Part shown: piece by piece, positions 1 to 8,182 of the stretch
Numbering within the stretch: the stretch's first letter is position 1
Layout of the letters: each line of letters begins with the position of its first letter
Virus record (IMG/VR): IMGVR_UViG_3300042473_001540
Location: 186,001-250,000 of that record
Length of the DNA stretch: 64,000 bases
Strand: one strand, 5' to 3'
Program-made: the position numbers and the translations under genes
Notes under the pieces: generated by a model
The model's database searches: none
What the model was told of the DNA's origin: nothing
The model's input: the letters and a program-made list of their open reading frames with translations, nothing else

Positions 1-264
1 GAAGAGCTGCTGGAGTATGAGCCCATGGGTGGCGGCGGAACCGACATTTCTGTGGTTATTAGATCACTCAAGGAAATGAATGTTGAGCCCAAGGTATTGA
101 TCATCTTCACAGATCTTGAATCAAGTGAGTTTGGCGAGCCCAATTTCTGTCCCGTTGTTTGGCTTGTCAACAATCCTTGGAACAAGAATATCGTTCCGCC
201 GTTTGGTACCTGGGTGCGGTTCACAAAAGAAGAAGGGGTGGCTGAAACAGGAGATGCAGGCTAG
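1..264 (+). CDS. VWA-like domain protein (DUF2201-type), C-terminal part; starts before the window
   Basis: Frame open from base 1; GGGGTD...VLIIFTD...PVVWLV resembles the VWA-like C-terminus. Confidence 0.7.
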   Translation, partial: EELLEYEPMGGGGTDISVVIRSLKEMNVEPKVLIIFTDLESSEFGEPNFCPVVWLVNNPWNKNIVPPFGTWVRFTKEEGVAETGDAG

Positions 265-275
265 ATAATTGCCTC

Positions 276-305
276 AATAGGCGGAAGTTATTTCCGCCTA
301 TTTTT
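276..305. terminator. Intrinsic terminator, probably bidirectional
   Basis: AATAGGCGGAA-gttat-TTCCGCCTATT 11-bp stem followed by TTT, between convergent genes. Confidence 0.8.
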
Positions 306-1223
306 AGCACTTGCAGACATTTTTCTTTTTGACTCGTCAGAATGTTTGAGACCTTGTCTGCTTTCACTGATTTTCTTTTTTGTCTCATCCGAAAGCTTGC
401 GACCTTTGTTATTTTCGCTGATTTTCCTTTTTGTTTCTTCAGATTGAGTTTTACCCTTTTTAATCTCGCTCATTTTCTGTTTTGACAAATCGCTGTGTTT
501 CTTTCCTTTGAACGGGTTAACCATTCCGTTGGTGTAATTCTGCTTGTTTTTTTGACGTGATTTTTCTTTTACTTCTTCGCTGCGCGGAATGCCACGGAGT
601 TTACTGACCTTGCCCATATTGATTTGGGATAATAAGGCTCTAGTTTGCTCGGATACAATACGACCCTTCAATTTAGCTGCGCGTTTAGCCACTAATTCTA
701 GTGGCTGTTTTTTACCTTTCAAAGCTTCTGATCTTTTTCTATTGGACTCCTCTGAGGGAGTTCTGCCTTTGCTACTTTCTCCTATCTTCTTGCAGGTTTC
801 TGGTGAATGTTTTCTGCCTGTCCTGACTTGTGATACCATCTTTCTGCACTTCTCATATAGAGATGCAGTAACAAAATGTGAATTTGTTCGATAACCTACC
901 ATATAATTCAGTGCATAAATCATTTTAGCTTTCGCTGAGTCAGTAGATACTATATAAATCAATAGTTGATGACATAACAAATGTTCTCTTGCTGTGAGGC
1001 GAACTAAATTCGAAGGGTCATTTGAATTTCCTTCAATCCATCCTCTTGTACCCTTCCGATTACGATGTAAAAAGAAAGAGTCAGGGACTATGTGATGTTG
1101 TTCTGTATACCCAACAAGTTGACGAATTCTTGCTGATTCAATTATACTGTAATACCATTGAGTGTATTTGTTGTCTAAATACGGATGGTTGATAGGCAAA
1201 GATACCCTAGGCAATAATTTCAT
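288..1223 (-). CDS. Free-standing HNH homing endonuclease with about 9 NUMOD3 repeats
   Basis: EQHHIVP...SNLVRLTAREHLLCHQLL N-terminus; repeated GxKHSxETKxKISE; AAGGAG RBS supports ATG at 1223. Confidence 0.85.
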   Translation of the reverse strand: MKLLPRVSLPINHPYLDNKYTQWYYSIIESARIRQLVGYTEQHHIVPDSFFLHRNRKGTRGWIEGNSNDPSNLVRLTAREHLLCHQLLIYIVSTDSAKAKMIYALNYMVGYRTNSHFVTASLYEKCRKMVSQVRTGRKHSPETCKKIGESSKGRTPSEESNRKRSEALKGKKQPLELVAKRAAKLKGRIVSEQTRALLSQINMGKVSKLRGIPRSEEVKEKSRQKNKQNYTNGMVNPFKGKKHSDLSKQKMSEIKKGKTQSEETKRKISENNKGRKLSDETKKKISESRQGLKHSDESKRKMSASAKNRRK

Positions 1224-1250
1224 GCTGAATGCTCCTTCATAGCGTTTAGA

Positions 1251-1309
1251 GCGGTCGGAGAGGTTAGAGGCTCGCGGACCGCAATTGTATTTAGTGTCAA
1301 TTTTGACAC
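1251..1309 (-). promoter_or_regulatory. Late promoter TAAATA (1293-1288), downstream GCGGTC/GACCGC hairpin and GTGTCAA-tt-TTGACAC palindrome upstream of the endonuclease
   Basis: Motifs read directly from the sequence. Confidence 0.55.
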
Positions 1310-1337
1310 GTACACACATAATTGTACAAACTCTGCT

Positions 1338-1607
1338 ATGAGCACCAACATATCAACCCAACTTGAAGAACTGGCTGTGGGCATTGTCACCAGAGTCAGT
1401 GAAATGCTGTATGTGGCCAGCAAAGATCTTGAGCCCAGCAAGCGGGAAAAGATCGTAGAGATGATTGAAAACCAACTGCCTACAGTGGTTGTCAACACTC
1501 TCTTCCGAACAGAGGCTCTTCACACACCAAAAGGCATTGATCATCTCAGAGAGAATATCGAAGATTATTCAATGCAGTTCACACAAATGTTCATCAGGAA
1601 CGATTGA
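1338..1607 (+). CDS. Hypothetical protein
   Basis: 89-aa ORF, helical composition. Confidence 0.65.
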   Translation: MSTNISTQLEELAVGIVTRVSEMLYVASKDLEPSKREKIVEMIENQLPTVVVNTLFRTEALHTPKGIDHLRENIEDYSMQFTQMFIRND

Positions 1608-1669
1608 GCTTAAATAGGGGTGTGACCCAACCCCTCACTGTTTGTCTCAAATTTCCACGAGACTGTTCC

Positions 1670-1930
1670 ATGACACTGCTAAGAATAGCAGTACTGGAAA
1701 CTCAAATCACAAACACATATGAAAATGTAGGTTTCCGCAAACAGGAAACAATTTATGACATTGACGTCACCATAGAGTTTAACTCAGTTGGTGACCAAAT
1801 ACATTGGGAATTTACCAATTCCTCCTTGACACAAGTGGCTGGCATGTTATTTTGGCCCCATGAGCAAGAAAACAACAGCTTATTTTTCCATAGACATCGA
1901 AACCGATGGACCCTGTCCAGGACTCAATAG
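1670..1930 (+). CDS. Hypothetical protein (uncertain)
   Basis: Follows TAAATA at 1611 but overlaps the next gene by about 70 nt. Confidence 0.3.
   Translation: MTLLRIAVLETQITNTYENVGFRKQETIYDIDVTIEFNSVGDQIHWEFTNSSLTQVAGMLFWPHEQENNSLFFHRHRNRWTLSRTQ
1826..1853 (+). promoter_or_regulatory. Sigma70-like early promoter
   Basis: TTGACA-N16-TATTTT with TG upstream of the -10. Confidence 0.55.
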
Positions 1931-2438
1931 TATGTTGAGCTTGGGTTGTGTGGCTTTTGATGAACAGGGCAACAATCTTGACACCTACTATGTGAACTTG
2001 AATCTGTTGCCTGAGGCCAAACCAGACCCCAAAACAATGGATTTCTGGGCACAACATCAAAAATATTATGATGAGACGCGAGTGTGGTGTCAAAGCCCAG
2101 AGGAGGCTATGCCCCATTTCAGTCAGTGGGTGGCAAGTTTTCCTGGTAGTCCAGTGGCAGTGTGCATGCCCAGTGGATTTGACTTCACTTGGGTGTATTA
2201 CTATCTCATGCGTTTCACAGGGAAAAGTGTGTTCAGTTTCAGTGTGTTAGACATGAAGACCATGGCCATGTGCATGCTGCGGCTGCCTTACCGTGAGAGT
2301 GTGAAAAGGAATTGGCCACGACATTGGTTTAGCAAGTTGCCGCACACTCACAACGCTCTTGCAGATTCGCTCGAGCAGGCTGAGACCTTCAAACTCATGC
2401 TGAAGGATTTGATGGGAAGTGATGATGAGAAAGCTTGA
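1860..2438 (+). CDS. DEDDh 3'-5' exonuclease (Rv2179c-like exoribonuclease)
   Basis: SIDIETDG, GFDF and HNALADSLEQ motifs. Confidence 0.85.
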   Translation: MSKKTTAYFSIDIETDGPCPGLNSMLSLGCVAFDEQGNNLDTYYVNLNLLPEAKPDPKTMDFWAQHQKYYDETRVWCQSPEEAMPHFSQWVASFPGSPVAVCMPSGFDFTWVYYYLMRFTGKSVFSFSVLDMKTMAMCMLRLPYRESVKRNWPRHWFSKLPHTHNALADSLEQAETFKLMLKDLMGSDDEKA

Positions 2439-2721
2439 CCGATGGCAGTGCATTGATGCTGGTGGGCACTGGCGCTACCCATTAGCCGACAATTTCCTCA
2501 ACCATCATTTGGAGAACATTTTCCACCAGTATGGTGGTCGCAAAGGGTGGCTACAACACTATTTTCCTGAACTTTGGTGTTGGCTAGAGTTGAATGTGCC
2601 GCATTATGAGTGGGATATAGGCTACAAGATACCTTTTGAAACCCTTGATTTGTTGCTGGTCTATAATGTGAGACCTCTGTTTGAAGCTGCCTGGGAGGAT
2701 CAGATCCTTGACACCGTTTGA
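2419..2721 (+). CDS. Hypothetical protein, PDLYTW-family paralogue 1
   Basis: YPLADN...HYFPELWCWLELN shared with the next two ORFs. Confidence 0.7.
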   Translation: MMMRKLDRWQCIDAGGHWRYPLADNFLNHHLENIFHQYGGRKGWLQHYFPELWCWLELNVPHYEWDIGYKIPFETLDLLLVYNVRPLFEAAWEDQILDTV

Positions 2722-3013
2722 CTACAACCCCCCTTATAGTCGAGGAGATGGTGTGTTTGTGTATCCATTGGCTAACAATCTCACCAAACATGAAAAAGTC
2801 CTGGCTACAAGGAACGCACACTCAAGACTTCTGTTGTTTCAAGAAAATTTCCCTGATCTCTATACCTGGTGTATCTTGAATTTAGATGGTGAAGAGTGGG
2901 ACTTAGTGACTGCCTGGGACACAAGCACCAATTGGCAATTTGAGCTGCTGTTGGGAGAAAGGGCCTTTGAGAGATTTCAAGCTGCTTGGGGAGAAGATGA
3001 TGAGGCAGCTTGA
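2708..3013 (+). CDS. Hypothetical protein, PDLYTW-family paralogue 2
   Basis: YPLANN...ENFPDLYTWCILN; TTG start after GGAGG. Confidence 0.7.
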   Translation: MTPFDYNPPYSRGDGVFVYPLANNLTKHEKVLATRNAHSRLLLFQENFPDLYTWCILNLDGEEWDLVTAWDTSTNWQFELLLGERAFERFQAAWGEDDEAA

Positions 3014-3311
3014 TCCCATTCGTGCCACTCGGCGTTTTGCCAATGGTTTTTTCTATACTCTCTCTGATGATCTTGATGAGAATGAAACAACACAAGTTAC
3101 TAAAGATGAAACTGAGAGAATGCGGTTTTTCCAGACACATTGGCCTGATCTCTACACCTGGCTGATGTTGAACAGTAATGAGGAACACTTGAGTTTGTAT
3201 TACAGAGGGATCTATCCCAATGTGAGTTTTATATTGGCAATCTATTTTGATGATGCACTCTATTTCAACAGTGCATTCAGGAATCGAATAGAGTTTGTAG
3301 ATATACTATAA
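2997..3311 (+). CDS. Hypothetical protein, PDLYTW-family paralogue 3
   Basis: YTLSDD...THWPDLYTWLMLN. Confidence 0.7.
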   Translation: MMRQLDPIRATRRFANGFFYTLSDDLDENETTQVTKDETERMRFFQTHWPDLYTWLMLNSNEEHLSLYYRGIYPNVSFILAIYFDDALYFNSAFRNRIEFVDIL

Positions 3312-3339
3312 ACACCTGATTATACAATTGGGTATTTCC

Positions 3340-3850
3340 TGGTTGGCTCAGAGAACATACTCTCCCTGAGCAAGTCAGGGAGATAAAAGCTTTCCCGGCA
3401 GTACGCAGAGACTGGGTTTTGATGCTGTATGTCTACAGAAGTGGTTACTCGGTACTTCTTGATCCTTGGGGATCCACATCCTATCTCGAACAAAAATTGT
3501 TCAGTAGCGGCAAAAAACTGGAGGAGACCCAATCAACCTCCAGTTTTCCTGATCGTTGTCAATGCACAGACAGAGCGATCCATTTGAACACAGTGCCTCA
3601 CACTGCGAAGATGATTTGAGCCTATTCTGTGACTGGGCTTGTTATTCCGGGTTCGCGCTGGAGAGTTTCTTTGCATAACAGACAGCGGTGCTTCCCGGTC
3701 CGGTGGGCAGAGTTCCACCGACTTGTTTGCGTTCCTGACAGGTCACCTGTCCCTTCCGCCAGCGGATGCCATTTACCGCCATATCAATACTGCTGTTGCT
3801 CATATGTTAAGCTCCAAGGCGCATTCATGCTATCAAAATCACCAACTTTT
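3340..3850. ncRNA. Candidate large structured non-coding RNA of unknown class
   Basis: Largest interval without a credible gene; about 12 hairpins and a multibranch domain at 3673-3800. Confidence 0.55.
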
Positions 3851-3905
3851 CTGTTGACTTGGTAGGAGAGTGTTATATTGTTGAGTCAATGAGAAAGGAC
3901 TCCAA

Positions 3906-4265
3906 TTGAATATAGTGGCCTTATTTTTGTCAGTGTTCTTTTGGTCACAAGTGGCTATAATGGCCATTTGTGTGGGCCTCATGCTTCCCCTGATAATTTG
4001 GTATGAGTGGCGCAAGGGCAACGATCTCACATATGAACAGTTTTTCAAACTGTTGATTTTGTTCTCTGCAATGGGCGCCACCGGACTTGGGTTGGTATTG
4101 TTGGCGCTTATCTTGTGGAAATTTCCACCAGACAGTGTGGAATTGTTGGGCCAATATCAACCCAACAGCATTTACGAGCCAGTTGGCTCTCAAACCCTTA
4201 TGCTGCCAGGCAGCCGGAGTGCCAAAACAATGCGAGCATTGCTTAGCTCAAGTGAGGATTCTTGA
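3906..4265 (+). CDS. Membrane protein with C-terminal GSRSAKT motif
   Basis: Two hydrophobic segments; ends LPGSRSAKTMRALL. Confidence 0.7.
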   Translation: MNIVALFLSVFFWSQVAIMAICVGLMLPLIIWYEWRKGNDLTYEQFFKLLILFSAMGATGLGLVLLALILWKFPPDSVELLGQYQPNSIYEPVGSQTLMLPGSRSAKTMRALLSSSEDS

Positions 4266-4267
4266 AC

Positions 4268-4558
4268 ATGGACGCAGTTATTTTTTGGATAGTAATGTAT
4301 TTTGGAACAGGTTTCTTAGTTGGAGTGATAGGTGGAGCTGTTTCAATTTGGGAAAAATGGCGGCAAGGCGATGATGTACTGCTATGCGATCTCTTTGATC
4401 TCGTTGGGGCAATGATGGTATGCTTGTTCGTATGGCCGGCCGTAATCTGGATGGTGATTGTAGACGTCACAAAAAGCAAGTTCAAAATCAACAAAAACAG
4501 CGTTGTGCTCAAAGGTAGCAGGAGTGCCAAAACCTATCGAGCATTGACTGAGGAATAG
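4268..4558 (+). CDS. Membrane protein with C-terminal GSRSAKT motif (paralogue)
   Basis: Two hydrophobic segments; ends LKGSRSAKTYRAL. Confidence 0.75.
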   Translation: MDAVIFWIVMYFGTGFLVGVIGGAVSIWEKWRQGDDVLLCDLFDLVGAMMVCLFVWPAVIWMVIVDVTKSKFKINKNSVVLKGSRSAKTYRALTEE

Positions 4559-4570
4559 CTTAAATATCTC

Positions 4571-5170
4571 ATGAAGATAAATGAGATCACACAACGCATA
4601 GTTTGGCACAGCAGCCATGTTCCTGATATTCAAGAGTTTAGGTTTTTAACACATCTTGGAACCTGGGCTGCTGCTGTTGAACGTGCGTTGCAAAAAGATT
4701 TTTATACCGACATGCTCATGGCCGATCTGGGCCCAAAAACCTACATGTATCAAGTCAACATAGATGCCTGTGAGCGAGGCATTAGAATCAAGGACGATCC
4801 TGATTATGGTGATCCCTGGGATCACATTGCCTACAACTGGGATCGCATGCCAACGGAAATACAAACCAACATATCAAAAGATGCTCCTTATCATGAGCTG
4901 GCAGAAAAGCTTCCTGATATGTTCAAAAGCCTAGGCATTGACTATCTTTGGTACTACAACCGAATTGAAAGTCCACGCAGCAAAAGCTATATTGCACTCA
5001 ACCCCAAATGTTTCAAAATAATAGACATTCATGCATACGCTCCGCGCGAGCTACTTTTAGCTGATCCGAGAGTGATTGATTTACAGGTAAGGCGCGGAAT
5101 GTGGGCCAAATCAACAGCTCAGAAAATCAAAAGCATCCTTCGAGCCCGAGACCCAAACATCAAATTTTAG
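4571..5170 (+). CDS. Putative ADP-ribosyltransferase-like protein, late-expressed
   Basis: WHSS...HLGTWAAA and YYNRIESPRSKSYIALNP resemble ART-PolyVal-type proteins; TAAATA at 4561. Confidence 0.5.
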   Translation: MKINEITQRIVWHSSHVPDIQEFRFLTHLGTWAAAVERALQKDFYTDMLMADLGPKTYMYQVNIDACERGIRIKDDPDYGDPWDHIAYNWDRMPTEIQTNISKDAPYHELAEKLPDMFKSLGIDYLWYYNRIESPRSKSYIALNPKCFKIIDIHAYAPRELLLADPRVIDLQVRRGMWAKSTAQKIKSILRARDPNIKF

Positions 5171-5171
5171 G

Positions 5172-5218
5172 TTGACTCTAGTGTAAACTTTGTTACTGTA
5201 GTAACAGTAACAGTAACA
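5172..5218 (+). promoter_or_regulatory. Early promoter with inverted repeat over the -10 box and (GTAACA)x3
   Basis: TTGACT-N16-TACTGT; TGTTACT-gt-AGTAACA. Confidence 0.55.
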
Positions 5219-5230
5219 GGAACATTTCAC

Positions 5231-5416
5231 ATGTTTGACCATAAGCAACAAGTTTTAGCTGCACTCGAGGCAGCACGAGCGAGAATTGATTCAGAGGATT
5301 GGCATGGAGAATGTGTATGCCTTCACAGGACACTAGGACGATGCCCTTGCCATGAGGATCATCAAACTCTGTTGATTCAGTTGGAAGCTGCCATCAAAAC
5401 CATGCAAACTGTTTGA
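5231..5416 (+). CDS. Hypothetical protein
   Basis: 61-aa ORF after promoter and RBS. Confidence 0.6.
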   Translation: MFDHKQQVLAALEAARARIDSEDWHGECVCLHRTLGRCPCHEDHQTLLIQLEAAIKTMQTV

Positions 5417-5428
5417 CAGGAGACTGGG

Positions 5429-6316
5429 ATGCTGCTGCACACATTAGTTGACCGAAAACTCATACACCCGCCCAAGTGGTTGCCCGACAACACTCAATTT
5501 CTGGGCTATGCTGGTAGTGCTGCCTATGGTGTCAGCAACGACACGAGTGACATGGACTGCTTTGGCTTCTGCATCCCGCCCCGTGAGATTGTGTTCCCCT
5601 TCACCGACGGCGGCAGGGTGTATGGCTTTGGCACACAGGAACAGCGGTTTCGAGTGTGGAGCGAGCATCACATTCAGCTGCCGGATCAACGGAAAGAGTT
5701 GGACTTTTCTATTTATAATATCGTTGATTTTATGCAACTGGCGATGGAAAATAATCCAAATGTTTTGGACGTTCTCTTTCTTCCCCGCCGCTGCATTCTC
5801 CACAGCACCAAAATCGCAGAGCATGTGAGAGAGCATAGGAAAGAGTTCCTCCACAAAGGAGCTATGGGAAAACTTCGGGGATACGCATTTTCACAAATTT
5901 CAAAAATTCGCAACAAAACCAACAGCAGCAATCCCAAAAGAGCTGCCACTATTGCTGAACACGGATGGGATCTGAAGTTTGGAGTGCATGTAGTGAGGCT
6001 CATGCTGCAATGCGAGCAGATCCTGGTAGAGCATGACCTTGACATTGAGCGCAACAGCGAGGTGCTCAAGAGCATTCGGCGAGGTGAGTGGACACTAGAG
6101 CAGCTGGACAGTTGGTTTGATGTCAAGGAAAAATCTCTAGAGACACTACATGCCAACAGCACGTTGCGAGATAAGCCAGATGAGAAGAGGATCAAACATC
6201 TACTTCTTGACTGTTTGTCAATGCACTATGGCCCTCTCACCACCGGTGTCAAGCGAGAAACTGGTGTTGATCAACTGGTAAATGAGCTGCAAACTGTGCT
6301 GGATAGATATCGATAA
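5429..6316 (+). CDS. Pol-beta superfamily nucleotidyltransferase (RlaP/Nuc-transf-like)
   Basis: GSAAYGVSNDTSDMD (GS...DxD); NNPNVLDVLF; HVVRLM. Confidence 0.8.
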   Translation: MLLHTLVDRKLIHPPKWLPDNTQFLGYAGSAAYGVSNDTSDMDCFGFCIPPREIVFPFTDGGRVYGFGTQEQRFRVWSEHHIQLPDQRKELDFSIYNIVDFMQLAMENNPNVLDVLFLPRRCILHSTKIAEHVREHRKEFLHKGAMGKLRGYAFSQISKIRNKTNSSNPKRAATIAEHGWDLKFGVHVVRLMLQCEQILVEHDLDIERNSEVLKSIRRGEWTLEQLDSWFDVKEKSLETLHANSTLRDKPDEKRIKHLLLDCLSMHYGPLTTGVKRETGVDQLVNELQTVLDRYR

Positions 6317-6324
6317 GGTCTAGG

Positions 6325-6352
6325 TTGACAAGATCGTCAACCGTGCTATATT
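6325..6352 (+). promoter_or_regulatory. Early promoter
   Basis: TTGACA-N16-TATATT with TGC. Confidence 0.75.
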
Positions 6353-6376
6353 CCCTACACAAAAAAGGAGCCACAC

Positions 6377-6721
6377 ATGAGTTACCTCCGTAAGCGTATG
6401 ATGGAGCAAACCGAACTTTTGCGCACTGTGGACTTCAGCACAGTAGCTAATTACCAGGTGATGAAACGAGTGTATCACCAGCTGGTGAGCCAGCACCATT
6501 TCCCAGGCGATCTAGCCGCCGAAATCTCCGCTAGCATGCAGATCAATGTAAGTGATGCTGCACTACTTGATGAGGAGTTCATCACAGCCATCATCACCAG
6601 CACATGTGTGGCAGCGAGCCGACTGTATCGCCAACTGGAGATTGATTTTGGAGTCAATCGTGCCAACGTGATGCTGACGAGCCTCACCGGTCAGTTCAGC
6701 ATCACTTACGACGTGCCATGA
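6377..6721 (+). CDS. Hypothetical protein
   Basis: AAGGAG RBS, 114 aa. Confidence 0.7.
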   Translation: MSYLRKRMMEQTELLRTVDFSTVANYQVMKRVYHQLVSQHHFPGDLAAEISASMQINVSDAALLDEEFITAIITSTCVAASRLYRQLEIDFGVNRANVMLTSLTGQFSITYDVP

Positions 6722-6927
6722 TCCTTGACGTTGCCATGCTGGTGATTGCAGCTGGCTTTTGGTACACAGGCTACCTTCTGTGGACCATGAGGCAGGGGTT
6801 CAAAGCGTCAGCAAGCTTGGCTCTGCTATGTGGGTTTTTCAGCTTCTTGGCCTTTTGGGCAGTGGTTGAGTGGTTGCCGTTGGCAGCGGGCCTGTTTTGT
6901 CTATTCACTCTAGTCATGTTGAGTTGA
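6718..6927 (+). CDS. Small membrane protein
   Basis: Three hydrophobic segments, ATGA overlap. Confidence 0.65.
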   Translation: MILDVAMLVIAAGFWYTGYLLWTMRQGFKASASLALLCGFFSFLAFWAVVEWLPLAAGLFCLFTLVMLS

Positions 6928-6930
6928 GCC

Positions 6931-7464
6931 ATGGATGACAAGTTTCGCAAGATACTGGAACGAGCGCTGCATCCCAGCACCATGGAGGGCGAGTGGGACT
7001 CGGCTTTCCGTGCAGCACGTCGCATGGTTGGGGCCAGCAGCTTGGACAAGCTGTTGGGTGCTGCCTCGCAGCCACAGGTGCGGGAGGTGGTGCGTGAACG
7101 TGTGGTGTATCGGGAACCCAACTACAGCCACAGCATGGAAGTCAGTCTCAAGATCTCTGCTCGTTGGCAGCACAGCTTCATGGAAACCATCTGGAAGGAC
7201 GCCCAGAGTGGTGGCTTGAAGATTGAGATCTTGCACCTGCGATGCCGAGACAAAACCTTGAACAGCGGCTTGGACATGCGCGTGAAGGTGCACGGTAGTG
7301 CAAGTGGTTTGGCATGGTGGAATGGTCGAGTGGACGATTATTTAGCGGAGATGAACAGCAAGAACAAGAACAACACGAGGCCTACAGGTCCAGATGTAGC
7401 TGGTGAAACCATCCCCAAAAAGCCTGGATTTTGGCAGCGTTTGGCGAACGTCCTTCGGGGATAA
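6931..7464 (+). CDS. Hypothetical protein with DUF2786-like N-terminus
   Basis: KFRKILERALHPSTMEGEWDSAFRAARRM. Confidence 0.55.
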   Translation: MDDKFRKILERALHPSTMEGEWDSAFRAARRMVGASSLDKLLGAASQPQVREVVRERVVYREPNYSHSMEVSLKISARWQHSFMETIWKDAQSGGLKIEILHLRCRDKTLNSGLDMRVKVHGSASGLAWWNGRVDDYLAEMNSKNKNNTRPTGPDVAGETIPKKPGFWQRLANVLRG

Positions 7465-7467
7465 CCG

Positions 7468-7725
7468 GTGAGGAAGCTCACTCCAGATACTGCGGTGAAC
7501 CGCCGGCAATTTCCCTACTTTGTGCGAGTCGTCAACGTGAGTAATTTTTCGCACTACACGGAAATTTGCAGCTGGACTAAACAGCGTTGGGGCTCACCAA
7601 GTAGACTCCACAAAGACGCATTGTGGGCATGTCAGATTGAAACAAGCACTGCTGGAGAGCAGGAGATGTGGATTTGGTTCCGGCATGAAGATGACATGGT
7701 GCTGTTCTCTCTCACTTGGTGCTAG
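7468..7725 (+). CDS. LTW-family small protein
   Basis: Ends WFRHEDDMVLFSLTWC. Confidence 0.8.
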   Translation: MRKLTPDTAVNRRQFPYFVRVVNVSNFSHYTEICSWTKQRWGSPSRLHKDALWACQIETSTAGEQEMWIWFRHEDDMVLFSLTWC

Positions 7726-7731
7726 GGCAAC

Positions 7732-7941
7732 ATGACAGACGTTGAAAGAGAACTAATCAACCTTGGGTTTGATATCCTCAAAGGCTGGCACAGTTGTCGA
7801 CTGAGCAGTCCGTTGCCTGATCAAAAATCCGTTTACAACTGGCTCAACACTACAGATGGCGGACGCTATTGGGTTGGTGTCATCTCCATTTATTTTGAAC
7901 GAGAAGAAGACATGATCCTGTTCCAGCTCACATGGTGTTGA
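7732..7941 (+). CDS. LTW-family small protein
   Basis: Ends YFEREEDMILFQLTWC. Confidence 0.8.
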   Translation: MTDVERELINLGFDILKGWHSCRLSSPLPDQKSVYNWLNTTDGGRYWVGVISIYFEREEDMILFQLTWC

Positions 7942-7957
7942 TTGGTAGGAAGAATAA

Positions 7958-8179
7958 ATGATCGATATTGATCAACAATACCCCAGCGACTACCACACTA
8001 ACCACACTAAAATCCAGGAATGGCATAGCTGTTCTATTCGCCAATTTGTTGGGCCTGATCGACATACCATCCTCCAGTGGCTCAAAACAACAGATGGTGG
8101 CCGCTTTTGGGAGGGCGGAACTCGAGTATGGTTTGAGAGAGAAGAAGACATGATCTTGTTCACGCTCACGTGGTCATAG
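7958..8179 (+). CDS. LTW-family small protein
   Basis: Ends WFEREEDMILFTLTWS. Confidence 0.8.
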   Translation: MIDIDQQYPSDYHTNHTKIQEWHSCSIRQFVGPDRHTILQWLKTTDGGRFWEGGTRVWFEREEDMILFTLTWS

Positions 8180-8182
8180 CCC

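Noticed and set aside
3405-3420. Group I intron R element (GCAGAGACTG)
   Set aside because: No matching S element or P7 partner downstream, and no interrupted gene flanks the region.
3600-3800. RNase P RNA: the minus strand has ACAGAAUAGGCUCA, similar to the conserved 3' region
   Set aside because: No GAGGAAAGUCC-type 5' partner able to form P4 was found, so I left it as an unclassified structured RNA.
3629-3865. ORF ending in FLLTW as another LTW member
   Set aside because: It lacks the acidic EED part and the W-C motif, and it runs through the hairpin region. It could be a relic but is not supportable.
3854-3879. Early promoter TTGACT...TATATT before gene 3906
   Set aside because: The spacer is only 14 bp, unlike the 16-17 bp of the other sites, so I did not call it.
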